In this document: positions 48,128 to 58,777 of the stretch, one piece after another
Layout of the letters: each line of letters begins with the position of its first letter
Position numbering within the stretch: the stretch's first letter is position 1
From: Candidatus Poribacteria bacterium
GTDB lineage: Bacteria; Poribacteria; WGA-4E; WGA-3G
DNA length: 64,000 nt
Assembly (NCBI GenBank): GCA_965197475.1
Contig: CBDANF010000003.1
Span: forward strand, 4,032,001-4,096,000
Reading direction: 5' to 3'
Made by a program: the position numbers and the translations under genes
Notes under the pieces: model-generated
The model's input: the letters and a program-made list of their open reading frames with translations, nothing else
Database searches by the model: none
What the model was told of the DNA's origin: nothing

Positions 48128-49960
48128 CGCTGTCCATTGCCACACTTCCTGCGAAATAGGCTGTAGTAAATCTTTTTCGTTTACTTGTGTTTGTGTGTTT
48201 AAGTCTGTTTTGGAGGATAAAAGCGCAGATTCCGTTGCATCAAGTAAATTAACGGCGAATCGTCCAAATAGGGAATCTCCTGCAAAGACAGAATAAATAC
48301 CCATTTGGTCTGTTTCGGCAAACACCGAATTCTTAAGTTCAAGCATATTCCCATCAGGTTTTTGCACCCTAATAGTAGATTTCTCCTGCATCGGCAAATC
48401 AATTTTTACATGTTCTCCGGTTCGGAATGTGGGCGTTGTGCTGTTTCTTTGAGCAGTAATAGCCTTGATCGGTACAGCATTAGATTCAAGCCAAGCTAAG
48501 CAGTGATACATAAACAGCGGGGCATCCGGAATAGTAGTGGGGAAAGAAGAAATTTCTGGATTAAACGCATCGAATTCAAATACCAGAAATTGTCTGTCCG
48601 CCTTAGTGCCAAACCATACCAACGTGCCTTTCTCTGTTTCAATAAGCGAATTTCCCCAGAGAGGCAATTCTCTACGCACAGATTCCTTTACTTGTAATCC
48701 CATAATAGATACGTCCCGCATAATCGGATGCGTTTTGTTTTCTTTGATAACGGAAACAAGGGTTGGGACGATTTCAACAGAAGGTTCTGTCATGAAAGGT
48801 AATTCTTGTTGCCAATTAATAAAGATTATGCTCTCTGTGCCGGGAATGTTCAAAAAGTCGTGTGTCGGAAGGATTCCGCCATCAAAAATTATGACATCTG
48901 CATCACTCGTGCCGTGGTATTCATCTGTGGATACTGTCTGTAGTTCAACATAGTCCCCGGAACTCCTCAAAAGTTCCGTCAACAAAGATTGATTCCTATC
49001 GCTAACGAGCAGGATTCGGAGTTGCCGTTTCGCGTTGAGAATTGCCCAAACCTCGTTGTCCAATTCAAAGTCGTCAGCCACATCAACAAGATGGAGACGA
49101 ATCGCAACACCTTCCAGCCTTTCCGCATTGATAGAAAACGGAACAGATTTTACCTCGCCAGCGGGAAGTGTCAAGGTTTTTTCAGCAATTGCTGTTCCAC
49201 CTTCAAGTCCTAACTGGATATCTATTTCCCTTTCTGTATCTGTCCAATTCTGAATACCTGCGAGAACCTTATATTCGTCAGCAATTCTTTCCACACTGAA
49301 TTGCACAATACCTATGTTTTCTGCTGCCCCTCTGACTGAGATTTTGTTGATGGGCACAGATGTAGTCGGCAATTTTTCAAACGAATCGCTAATAAAAAAG
49401 ATTTGATCCTGCGGTGAATCCGCATAGCGCGTCGCATAATCAAAAACTGATGTAAACCCGCCGACTGCGTGTGTTGGCACAATATTTTCCACAGCACGGC
49501 GCAGTTTATCTTTATCTGTCGTAAATGCTTGTTGAATATAAGGCTTGGGGGCATGCGTTGCCATAATCATCATGCCCCCACTGGCAGAAACCTGATTAAT
49601 GTGTTTCAGTACTTCCTGTTTAGCAAGTGCAAGTCGGGTTTCTCCCAGCTCTTTCGACTGCATACTTGCCGAATTGTCAACGATAAAGATTATTTTGCCG
49701 TGAATTATGCCGGGAATTCGCAACGCAGGACGCGCAACGCTAACGATTATAACGAGTAAGAACAGACTTTGTAAAATGAGGAGTAGCAGATTCCGCAGGC
49801 GTTGAAAAGGGATATTCGCTTTCTGGTCCTCAGCATTGGCAAGCCAGAGCATCATACTCGGCACAACGTAACGTTGTCGGCGCAGCCTTAGAAAATGCAG
49901 CGCAATCACGATAGGAATAGTTCCAATCAGGTAGAACGCAGCCGGGTTCAGAAAAGCCAT
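48074..49960 (-). CDS. BatA N-terminal plus VWA domain protein
   Basis: MAFLNP...LHFLR...PSMMLW, MIDAS motif DNSASM, ISD, C-terminal LLLCEWW. Confidence 0.85.
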   Translation of the reverse strand: MAFLNPAAFYLIGTIPIVIALHFLRLRRQRYVVPSMMLWLANAEDQKANIPFQRLRNLLLLILQSLFLLVIIVSVARPALRIPGIIHGKIIFIVDNSASMQSKELGETRLALAKQEVLKHINQVSASGGMMIMATHAPKPYIQQAFTTDKDKLRRAVENIVPTHAVGGFTSVFDYATRYADSPQDQIFFISDSFEKLPTTSVPINKISVRGAAENIGIVQFSVERIADEYKVLAGIQNWTDTEREIDIQLGLEGGTAIAEKTLTLPAGEVKSVPFSINAERLEGVAIRLHLVDVADDFELDNEVWAILNAKRQLRILLVSDRNQSLLTELLRSSGDYVELQTVSTDEYHGTSDADVIIFDGGILPTHDFLNIPGTESIIFINWQQELPFMTEPSVEIVPTLVSVIKENKTHPIMRDVSIMGLQVKESVRRELPLWGNSLIETEKGTLVWFGTKADRQFLVFEFDAFNPEISSFPTTIPDAPLFMYHCLAWLESNAVPIKAITAQRNSTTPTFRTGEHVKIDLPMQEKSTIRVQKPDGNMLELKNSVFAETDQMGIYSVFAGDSLFGRFAVNLLDATESALLSSKTDLNTQTQVNEKDLLQPISQEVWQWTALFAVCLLLCEWWFYHRT

Positions 49961-50123
49961 TTTTCAATGTCGGGAACAAAAGGGATAAGTAAATTATGAA
50001 CGTTTGATTTCAAATGATTTCAGAGTATTCAGTTTTGCTATTTCGGATGGTTAAGAGAATGTTACATCTCTATATACCGCCATTCAAATTCCTATGTTTT
50101 GGCATAGCGGTATATAGATATTG

Positions 50124-50564
50124 TTATTGGTTAGGTTCTTGGTCCGAGGGTGTCGTTTGCGGTTCTGAAGATTCGCCGTTCTCTCTTTCGTTGAGATTCT
50201 TGATAACCTCCTCAGCATCCAGTTTGCCTACTTCGCCGTAGTTTTGCAAACGTTCACAAGCATCACGAACTTTATCGTATTCATCAAGCTCCAAATAGAT
50301 ATTTGCCAAGTTCTTGTGCATCTCACGGAAAACACCGGGCCAATTCCGTTCACCTTCTTTTTCAACAAGGCGCGTGGCGTTTTCTATAGCAATGTTGACA
50401 ATATTATCAAGTTCTGCCCTTTCTGAAGCCGAAAACGAGGCATTTTCCTGTTCCTGTTTTTCATTGTAAGAACGCAAAGCACCCAATGCCTTGTCACACT
50501 GATTATAAGTCTTCTCAATGCTCAAAGCACCTTCAAAGATTTTTGATAAAAACCCAAATTTCAT
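50124..50564 (-). CDS. Hypothetical alpha-helical (TPR-like) protein
   Basis: 146 aa; HKNLANIYLELDEYDKVRDACERL is TPR-like. Confidence 0.6.
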   Translation of the reverse strand: MKFGFLSKIFEGALSIEKTYNQCDKALGALRSYNEKQEQENASFSASERAELDNIVNIAIENATRLVEKEGERNWPGVFREMHKNLANIYLELDEYDKVRDACERLQNYGEVGKLDAEEVIKNLNERENGESSEPQTTPSDQEPNQ

Positions 50565-50602
50565 AAATGGGAGTCTCCGATAGGGACAGATTGCGTTACA
50601 TG

Positions 50603-51381
50603 CTAAAAAGCTGTTTTCAGTTGTCCCCAGGTAACTGCCAATTTGTTTCCCGCTTCCACCGCCAAGGCACCAGCAACTCCCAATTCCATAGAAGCTTTAA
50701 CCTCATCTTCAGTCAACGCTTTTGAATAGATGACGGCTTCATCAATAATCACATTCTCAGCCTTGTGACTGTTTGCGCTTTCACCTGCACCGATATATAT
50801 GAATGCCTCTTTGTACTTGGGAAACTCAAAGTTTTCAGGCTGTTCTCCGATAAAATCACCGTTGACGTATATTTCCCCATCCTTGCCATCAAAGGCTAAA
50901 ACGTAGTGGTACCATTCATTCAGTTCAAATGTGAAGTTGTCAAGACTTTTGTCTTGGTGATGACCTGCATCCCAAAACGGTTTAAAATTGGGGTTCACCA
51001 TCAGACGAAATTCACAACAATCTCCACCAGGCACTTCAATTGAGACGATGCCATCATAATCTGCATGACTATTCAGGTAGAACCAAGCTTCCATCGTAAA
51101 TTGTCCCTTTTCACCGATTGGAACAACAAAATCGTTAGCAGGACTCATTTGGACAACGCCTCCGGTTAAGTGAACCGCTTTACGAACTTGACCGTCAACG
51201 AGTTCGCCATTCCCGGTTAATTCTGCATCGTTACCATTGCCAGAGTTGTCCTTGAATATCTTATCGTCAAGTTTATCAAAAGAGTAGTAAACTAAGATGT
51301 CACCCTCTTCAACAGCGTAAGTGTAACTGACAGCGAATATTAATATCACTGAAATCCTAACAAGATTAGATTTCTAAGCAT
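50603..51381 (-). CDS. Secreted LamG-like jellyroll protein with an apparent 1-nt frameshift in the signal peptide near 51352
   Basis: YYSFD...DNSGNGNDA, FTMEAW, EWYHY, IYVNG, IDEAVIYSKAL, tail AVEAGNKLAVTWGQLK. The AAGGAGG RBS and ATG at 51381 join the ORF if one T is added, giving MLRNLILLGFSVILIFAVS. Confidence 0.8.
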
Positions 51382-51415
51382 TTCAATTCCTCCTTAATTT
51401 TTTATGAATGAAACT

Positions 51416-51444
51416 ATTGTAGCAAAAAAACAGAAAGGTGTCAA
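51416..51444 (-). promoter_or_regulatory. Sigma70-type promoter for the LamG gene
   Basis: Minus strand TTGACA-17-TACAAT. Confidence 0.65.
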
Positions 51445-51465
51445 CAAATTATAAATGCTCCTGCG

Positions 51466-51584
51466 GAGCCATTCAGTTTTCGGTTTTTTGTGCGTTTTAG
51501 CCGTCCAGCCGCGACTAGGAGGTCGCTCCTACAGAGGAGGGACTTTGAGCAGAAGGTTGCAACTACTGGAGAATTGAATGCCCC
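51466..51584. repeat. MITE-like 119-bp element containing a GTAG REP
   Basis: Terminal inverted repeats GAGCCATTCAGTTTTC and GAGAATTGAATGCCCC match at 12 of 16. Internal minus-strand GTAGGAGCGACCTCCTAGTCGC at 51511-51532. Confidence 0.45.
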
Positions 51585-51595
51585 TGGACATCTTC

Positions 51596-51624
51596 TTGAC
51601 ATCAACACACGTTTATACTATACT
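51596..51624 (+). promoter_or_regulatory. Sigma70-type promoter
   Basis: TTGACA-17-TATACT. Confidence 0.65.
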
Positions 51625-51777
51625 TAAAACAAGACACTGAAACCTTAAATCCTGGTGCTGGAGGATGACATAATGCAGAAAAAAACCAGTCTGTTCCGAC
51701 ACCGGACGGTAAATCTATATCAAAAACAGAACTCGCTAAAGTTTTAGCGGGAATTGAACGTCACTAAGCGGAGAGAA

Positions 51778-52620
51778 ATGATTAAATTCAGGTTTTCGGG
51801 ACGTTATGTCCAGAAACCTCGCGCTTGCTTTTTTGTTGTCTACTTCCTGCTGCTTACAATGTCAGCATTGGGACAGACAGAATTTCCGTTTGAAACTGCG
51901 CGTCCGCTTTATGTAGGCGCGCGTGCATTAGCGATGGGGAACGCTTTTACTGCTGTTGCTGACGATGCTACCGCCGGGTTTTGGAATCCTGCGGGGTTGA
52001 TTCAGTGGCAGGGCGTTAAACTTTTTGGTGTCACCAAGTTTCACGATCAACACTATTACCGGTTTGACCCGAAAGGCATTGGTTATAGCTGGCGTGGCTA
52101 CAGTCTCTATTGGGGGAACAAAATAGCCCTTGATGTTGCAAGTGGTATCCCTGATTTCAACTATTACGGTGTCGCACGCCAACTCGGTGCGTATCTTGCT
52201 ATAGGATTAAGCCTCAAGTTCAAACGGCGGCATCCTTCTGATTATTACCAATTCTTTGGTTACCACACCTCTTACGACATCGGTTTGCTCTTTAAACCGC
52301 GTCCAGAACTCAAATTCGGTTGTCTGTTGCAGAACCTTGAAGGGCGCGGTGTTCAGTGGGTGACGCTTGGCACCGCCTACCGTTATGACACATATCAATT
52401 CTCGGCAGACATCGCACTCTCTACCGAGGATGCGGAGCAAGAGTTTTACTTTGGTGTTGAATGGGTGCCGTCATCGTTTTTTTCTATGCGGGTTGGCAAT
52501 TCAAACGGTTTTTTCACTGGCGGCGTTGGTCTGCGGATCGTTGATGTGTATATTAATTATGCCCGAATTTTTGAGGAACGTTTCAAATCGGATTTCATCT
52601 CCGCTGAACTAAAGTTTTGA
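51778..52620 (+). CDS. Outer-membrane beta-barrel, PorV/FadL-like
   Basis: GARALAMGNAFTAVADDATAGFWNPAGL, amphipathic strands, terminal Phe. Confidence 0.75.
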   Translation: MIKFRFSGRYVQKPRACFFVVYFLLLTMSALGQTEFPFETARPLYVGARALAMGNAFTAVADDATAGFWNPAGLIQWQGVKLFGVTKFHDQHYYRFDPKGIGYSWRGYSLYWGNKIALDVASGIPDFNYYGVARQLGAYLAIGLSLKFKRRHPSDYYQFFGYHTSYDIGLLFKPRPELKFGCLLQNLEGRGVQWVTLGTAYRYDTYQFSADIALSTEDAEQEFYFGVEWVPSSFFSMRVGNSNGFFTGGVGLRIVDVYINYARIFEERFKSDFISAELKF

Positions 52621-52666
52621 ATGTTTTTGAATAAGGATTCGCAGGATTATAGTCTGTCTCATAAAT

Positions 52667-53709
52667 TAGACATTATAATGATTTAAATAACAGGAGTTTC
52701 ATAACGCGAGGGTCTAAAGTTTAGTCGGAAGTTGTGTAAACCACAACAAGTTTCCATAACTAAATCACAAAACCCTTTCTTCCAATTCCTGAGTTTATCT
52801 TTGACAATGCGGCATCTTTTGACACCACTAATCGCATGTTCAACGCGTATGCGTATAGACGCTATCTTTCTATTGTTTTCTTTTTCTTCATTCGTCCGTT
52901 CTCTACCTCTCGGTTTTTTCTTCGGTTGAATGATGTTTATATCCGGGAGAACGAAACCCTGAAAACCGGTATCTTGGGACAATGTGCTACCCTGTGGCAC
53001 ACAATAGCCCACCATATCGGCTATGTGTTTGTCATGGTGTCTTCCTTCAAAAGAAGGTGTCAATAGGACGACTTTGCAGGTCTCATTGATAATCAGATTA
53101 TTTTTCACTGTATGGCATTTCTTTTTACCACTATAATACGCCTTTTGAGTTGACGGGTCTTTTGGGCGTCGTATAGGGCGTTCGGTGCTATCATGAAAAA
53201 AATGTTCTCCTTCTTGATTTTGAGTTGATACTTTTGATGGAGCACATATAGGTGCGGGGTCTGTTTCCCGAGATGGCAACTCTCCAAGTTCTGCTAATGC
53301 TTTGTTCAATATCGATAAAAGCAAGTGAATCCATCTATTAGCAAGAGGTTGAGACATGCCAAAGAGCGCACCGAATAGCACTTGTTTCGGTGCTTCACGA
53401 AGGTAAATCAGTATAAATAGCAACATATCTTCAGGTGTATCAAAACGACTATTTTTATACGGTTTATATCTCCGTTTTTTGCGCGGTTTTCCTGCAAGGG
53501 TATGTGTTTGAACATACTCTAAAAAACATTTAGTAAAATAAGGTGATAGTTCAGTCCAATCTTCTAAGGTATATCCGGTGAGGGACAGGAGCGTATCAGG
53601 TTTGTCCCTTAGTTCTTGAAAACTTATCATGAGTTAGCCTCCTATTGTCCGATTGTAATAAGTATAATAGAGACTAACCAAACGGACAACTAATTAGTTA
53701 TAATGTCTA
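52667..53709 (-). mobile_element. IS5-family (ISL2/IS1381-like) element; transposase at 52683-53630
   Basis: Perfect 12-bp inverted ends TAGACATTATAA and TTATAATGTCTA, where the outer TA may be the target duplication. DSTERPIRRP, YYSGKKKCHT, DTGFQG, RIRVEHAI. Confidence 0.88.
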
Positions 53710-53715
53710 TTATGT

Positions 53716-53791
53716 GTAGGTTAAGGTCTTGGGTTCTCCTCGCCATTTCTGGCTAAGAAAACAACGGATGGGCACGGGAACCTGCTGCTAC
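53716..53791. repeat. Degenerate REP doublet (GTAG...CTAC hairpin)
   Basis: GTAG at 53716 and CTAC at 53788, with internal inverted GGTTCTCCTCGCCAT / ATGGGCACGGGAACC. Confidence 0.45.
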
Positions 53792-53968
53792 GATAAAGGT
53801 AGGATATTCTTTTTGAACTGTCCTATTCAATTTCCTCTTCCTAATTTAATAACATTTCTAATTGATAAAATATCAGTTGTTATGCTTGAAGAGACACTTA
53901 TAATCTGATAACATAGTTTCTAAGCGGAAAAGAGGATCCATTGTCCAACATCCTTTCAAAATGTTGTT

Positions 53969-54954
53969 CGCTCATGTCAAGAGTAAGTGCTTTTGACGAG
54001 TTTTGCTATAAAATCAACACTGACAGCTTTTAGATTCATGACGAACTCACAGATTGCGACGTAACCGGCGAGGAACTTTTTATGAACGCCACGAAAGGGA
54101 CGAAGGAAGTTTCGCAGCGTCGTCCAGGCACCTTCAATCGTCCTTGTATGGATCTCGTAAAGACCATCACCGTCTGCGTCTCTTGCCCACTCGCCATCCT
54201 TATGGAGAACAATCTCACGGGCGCGCTGAATACGGTTATAGCCACGCCAACCATCCGTATACACCGTTGAAGTCGGCAACGTCCACTGATGAACGTGTGT
54301 TGAAAGCGTCGCAGAATCGGTGTGCCGCACAACACGTAATCTCAGGAGACCGCTTTCGCGACCTTTCGTCCCAACAATAGGCGGACGATCATTGTCATAA
54401 GTCCCATGTCCCCTGCGTTTATTGCCACGCCGACGCGGCGGATCCGAAGCATCAACGTGCTTATCGCCTTTTTCACCGGCGTTTTGAAACATCTCATCTG
54501 TTTCGACTTCAGCATCAGGTAAAGCAGCTTCGGGTTGTATCTGCTCTGCCGAAGTTTGGAGTTTACGTCTTATAGAAAGAACGGTTTGACGACTTAGACC
54601 CAGTTCACACCCGAGTTGTGCACTTGAAACACCTTGACAGACACCGCGCAAAAGCAGAACGACCTGTGAGGGACGAAACTGCGTGCCAGCAAAGACCGTC
54701 CCGGTATAGAGGTTGTAGATGCTCTCACAGTGTTTGCAGCGATACACTTGTAGACCACTTGTTTCAGTCGGACGGAACTTGCGTGCCTCCGCCACGCTCG
54801 CTTGGCATTTTGGGCAACACAGCCCTTGAAGGTGGAAATGATCCAACACCCACGCTTGAGTTTTTTCTTCATCCAGGAGAGATTGTATTGGAAAGTCCAT
54901 AGGTAACACGCTAACATAACTTTGAAAAAATAGCACTTACTTTTTACATGAGCC
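53969..54954 (-). mobile_element. IS1595-family element, copy 1 (986 bp)
   Basis: Inverted ends CGCTCATGTCAAGAGTAAGTGCT and AGCACTTACTTTTTACATGAGCC; 9-bp flanking repeat AATGTTGTT. Transposase has CPKC/CKHC Zn ribbon, ETDE, YTDGW, TIEGAW. Confidence 0.92.
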
Positions 54955-55096
54955 AATGTTGTTTATTATGAAAGGATAACCTCTTTTCTGCTTTTTAGCA
55001 AAAATAAAATTGTCCAAACTATAGTATTATTATCAGACTCACGTTATTGGTAGTGTATCACACGGTTCACCCACAAAATTGAGAAAATAGATCGCG

Positions 55097-56188
55097 ATGC
55101 GAATTCTTTATGTTATTGATTCCATGACAAAAGACGGTGCAGAATCACAACTATTCAAGACGTTAACACGGTTCGCACCTGACCAATATGAAGTGTCCGT
55201 TGTGCTAAGTCGTGCTGAAGGGGAACGCCTCAGTGAACTTGCCGCGCTTCCTTGCGTTCGAGATGTAACCATACTCACAGGTGAAAGCAAACGGATGAAA
55301 CTGATAGAAAAAGCATTCGCACTCGGTGGGATTGTTAAGGCAGTTGAACCCGACATTGTGCATAGTTGGCTGTGGTATTCTAATTTCCTCTGCGGTGTTT
55401 CCCATAAATTCGGATTGTGGCGAAAGATTCCATTCATTGCCTCACAGCGGGGTGATTACCATGCAAGATACAGCAAATTCCGACTCTGGCTTACGGAAAA
55501 ACTGATTTACAATACTGCGGACTGCCTTCTGACGAATTCAGAGCAGATTGCACGACATCTCCACCAACTGTATCCAGATAAAAAGATTTATAGCATTCCC
55601 AATCTATTGGAACTACCTACCGATGCCTGGACTCAGAAGCGAAAAGATGCAACTGAAGAGAAGTTAATAGTAAGTGTTGGACGCTTTGCACCGGAAAAAG
55701 GTCACCGTTATTTGATAGAGGCATTAAACTTACTAAATCGTAAAAACATTAAGTGGCGATGCACGTTTCTCGGTGACGGTGAACTGGAGTCAGAACTTCG
55801 TGCGCTAACGGCAGTGTACATATCGGATAAGGTCATGTTCCCTGGGTTTTGTGAGGATGTCTTTTCTGAGCTTTTGAAAGCGGATGTCTTTGTGCTTCCC
55901 TCGCTACACGAAGGTTCGCCAAATGCGTTGATTGAGGCGATGGGTATCGGCATGCCGTGCATCGCATCAGATGTTGGCGGGATCAGAGACCTGGTTGAAA
56001 ATAAAAAAAACGGCATCCGAGTTCCATCACAGGATTCGGTGGCGTTAGCAGAAGCATTGCATCGTCTACTGGCAGAACCTGCGTTTGCGTGTGAGTTAGG
56101 TAAAAATGCACGCGCTACCATTCAGCAAAAGTTCGACAGTGCCAAATCTCTCCAAAAATTAGAAGATATTTATCAAAGCTTCTTATAG
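55097..56188 (+). CDS. Glycosyltransferase family 4 (GT-B)
   Basis: GAE, VGRFAPEKG, FVLPSLHEGSPNALIEAM...SDVGG. Confidence 0.9.
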   Translation: MRILYVIDSMTKDGAESQLFKTLTRFAPDQYEVSVVLSRAEGERLSELAALPCVRDVTILTGESKRMKLIEKAFALGGIVKAVEPDIVHSWLWYSNFLCGVSHKFGLWRKIPFIASQRGDYHARYSKFRLWLTEKLIYNTADCLLTNSEQIARHLHQLYPDKKIYSIPNLLELPTDAWTQKRKDATEEKLIVSVGRFAPEKGHRYLIEALNLLNRKNIKWRCTFLGDGELESELRALTAVYISDKVMFPGFCEDVFSELLKADVFVLPSLHEGSPNALIEAMGIGMPCIASDVGGIRDLVENKKNGIRVPSQDSVALAEALHRLLAEPAFACELGKNARATIQQKFDSAKSLQKLEDIYQSFL

Positions 56189-56197
56189 GCAGCAATC

Positions 56198-57100
56198 ATG
56201 TCTTACCGGCTCTCAAACTTTGCCAAAAATGCTGTTTCAACCTTTCTCTGCTTATTTGGCATTCCGTTGTTCATCCGAGAGTGGGTGTGCCGGAACCGGG
56301 TTGCGATCCTCATGTATCACGACGTACCGCCCGACATCTTTGCAAAACATATCGCTTATCTTTCTCGGCATTTTAAAATTATCTCATTAGATACGTTAGT
56401 CTCAGCTATCTACAAAAAAGATTTTTCCGAAATCCCTCCGAAAAGCGTTGTGATTACGATCGACGACGGACACGCTGGTAATATCGCACTCTTGCCAATT
56501 ATCAAACAGTCTAAAATTCGTCCAACAATCTATGTATGCACACAGATAATCAACACATACCGACATTTCTGGTTTAAAATTGCGGGACAGTCTAAAAAAG
56601 AGAAAGAGCATCTGAAAAAACTACCGAATGCAGAAAGGTTAACACTTCTCAAGGATTCGGCTAGCTTTGAACTTGAAAAGGAACATCAAGATAGACAGGC
56701 ATTGAATACCGATGAGATGAAAGAGATGATGCAAAACGTTGACTTTCAACCGCACACCCAATTCCATCCCATCCTGCCACAATGTGCGGAAACAGAATGT
56801 AAACAAGAGATACTTGGCAGCAAAACCGACTTAGAGAAGTTTTTGGGAATTGAATGTCAGCATTTCAGTTACCCAAATGGGGATTATACCGAACGCGAGA
56901 TTGAGATTGTCAAAGCAGGAGGGTTCCGTTCCGCACGCACAACAGATATAGGATGGAACCGGGTTAATACACCACTCTATCAACTGAAAACTATTCCGAT
57001 TTCTGATGATGCTGAACTCATCCGCTTTCGCGCAGAGCTGACGACAATTCCACAGCGAATTGGCAGATGGATAAGAAATTTACGCTCATGTCAAGAGTAA
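56198..57100 (+). CDS. Polysaccharide deacetylase; last codons supplied by the IS
   Basis: ILMYH, ITIDDG, HTQFHP, FSYPNG. Confidence 0.88.
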   Translation: MSYRLSNFAKNAVSTFLCLFGIPLFIREWVCRNRVAILMYHDVPPDIFAKHIAYLSRHFKIISLDTLVSAIYKKDFSEIPPKSVVITIDDGHAGNIALLPIIKQSKIRPTIYVCTQIINTYRHFWFKIAGQSKKEKEHLKKLPNAERLTLLKDSASFELEKEHQDRQALNTDEMKEMMQNVDFQPHTQFHPILPQCAETECKQEILGSKTDLEKFLGIECQHFSYPNGDYTEREIEIVKAGGFRSARTTDIGWNRVNTPLYQLKTIPISDDAELIRFRAELTTIPQRIGRWIRNLRSCQE

Positions 57101-58068
57101 GTGCTTTTGACAAGTTTTGCTATAAAATCAACACTGACAGCTTTTAGATTCATGACGAACTCACAGATTGCGACGTAACCGGCGAGGAACTTTTTATGAA
57201 CGCCACGAAAGGGACGAAGGAAGTTTCGCAGCGTCGTCCAGGCACCTTCAATCGTCCTTGTATGGATCTCGTAAAGACCATCACCGTCTGCGTCTCTTGC
57301 CCACTCGCCATCCTTATGGAGAACAATCTCACGGGCGCGCTGAATACGGTTATAGCCACGCCAACCATCCGTATACACCGTTGAAGTCGGCAACGTCCAC
57401 TGATGAACGTGTGTTGAAAGCGTCGCAGAATCGGTGTGCCGCACAACACGTAATCTCAGGAGACCGCTTTCGCGACCTTTCGTCCCAACAATAGGCGGAC
57501 GATCATTGTCATAAGTCCCATGTTCCCTGCGTTTATTGCCACGCCGACGCGGCGGATCCGAAGCATCAACGTGCTTATCGCCTTTTTCACCGGCGTTTTG
57601 AAACATCTCATCTGTTTCGACTTCAGCATCAGGTAAAGCAGCTTCGGGTTGTATCTGCTCTGCCGAAGTTTGGAGTTTACGTCTTATAGAAAGAACGGTT
57701 TGACGACTTAGACCCAGTTCACACCCGAGTTGTGCACTTGAAACACCTTGACAGACACCGCGCAAAAGCAGAACGACCTGTGAGGGACGAAACTGCGTGC
57801 CAGCAAAGACCGTCCCGGTATAGAGGTTGTAGATGCTCTCACAGTGTTTGCAGCGATACACTTGTAGACCACTTGTTTCAGTCGGACGGAACTTGCGTGC
57901 CTCCGCCACGCTCGCTTGGCATTTTGGGCAACACAGCCCTTGAAGGTGGAAATGATCCAACACCCACGCTTGAGTTTTTTCTTCATCCAGGAGAGATTGT
58001 ATTGGAAAGTCCATAGGTAACACGCTAACATAACTTTGAAAAAATAGCACTTACTTTTTACATGAGCC
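57083..58068 (-). mobile_element. IS1595-family element, copy 2 (986 bp)
   Basis: Same ends as copy 1; 8-bp flanking repeat GAAATTTA; two substitutions seen relative to copy 1. Confidence 0.92.
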
Positions 58069-58078
58069 GAAATTTATT

Positions 58079-58777
58079 ATGGACACTAACAAATTAACAA
58101 AATGGCATCGTGCCTATATTCAGAACGCTTACCGAGAATTGGAACAAGGCACAACACGAAAACAACTTAACACGCTCAACATCAAGGCTGCTGGCAAAAA
58201 AGTATTGGATGTCGGATGCGGACCAGGAAACCTTCTTGCTGCACTATCAGTAGACCATCCGCAGCTCCTAATCGGTGTTGACGTAGATGAGACCTTCTTA
58301 ACTATTGGACGTTCTAAAATCGAAAAATTCATAGCTCTGCTTTCAACATTTCCTGCCTTTATTCGCGGTTCACTCCCGACCTTACCTTTTGCAGACGAAA
58401 CCTTCGATCTCGTAACCTGTTTTCTCGTTTTGCCGCATGTGCCTGATGATAAAATCGCCTTAACTGAACTCACACGCGTTCTAAAACCGGGCGGCACTCT
58501 TGCTATTTCTGGACACGGATTGGGATTTCCGCTCCATTATCTGAAACGTTTCAGGCTAAAACCGTTGCAGATGTATCTCGCCAGTCTAATTTATAGATGC
58601 ACAGGGAAAAAGTGGATCCGTAACACGCTACAAAGCGAAAAAGAAATTTGCGATATATTAGATAGTATAGGTTTGATAGTAGATGTCAAGAACTACAACA
58701 AAAAGGTGTTTGGATGCATCGCCACCTACTGGATTAAGGCGACGAAGAGTGAAATGAGCCCTAACGCAACGCAGTAA
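58079..58777 (+). CDS. Class I SAM-dependent methyltransferase
   Basis: VLDVGCGPG, LPFADETFDLV, RVLKPGG. Confidence 0.88.
   Translation: MDTNKLTKWHRAYIQNAYRELEQGTTRKQLNTLNIKAAGKKVLDVGCGPGNLLAALSVDHPQLLIGVDVDETFLTIGRSKIEKFIALLSTFPAFIRGSLPTLPFADETFDLVTCFLVLPHVPDDKIALTELTRVLKPGGTLAISGHGLGFPLHYLKRFRLKPLQMYLASLIYRCTGKKWIRNTLQSEKEICDILDSIGLIVDVKNYNKKVFGCIATYWIKATKSEMSPNATQ

Noticed and set aside
53969-58068. Composite transposon that arrived as one unit
   Set aside because: Each IS has its own target duplication, the outer flanks do not match, and the cargo is continuous with the downstream methyltransferase.
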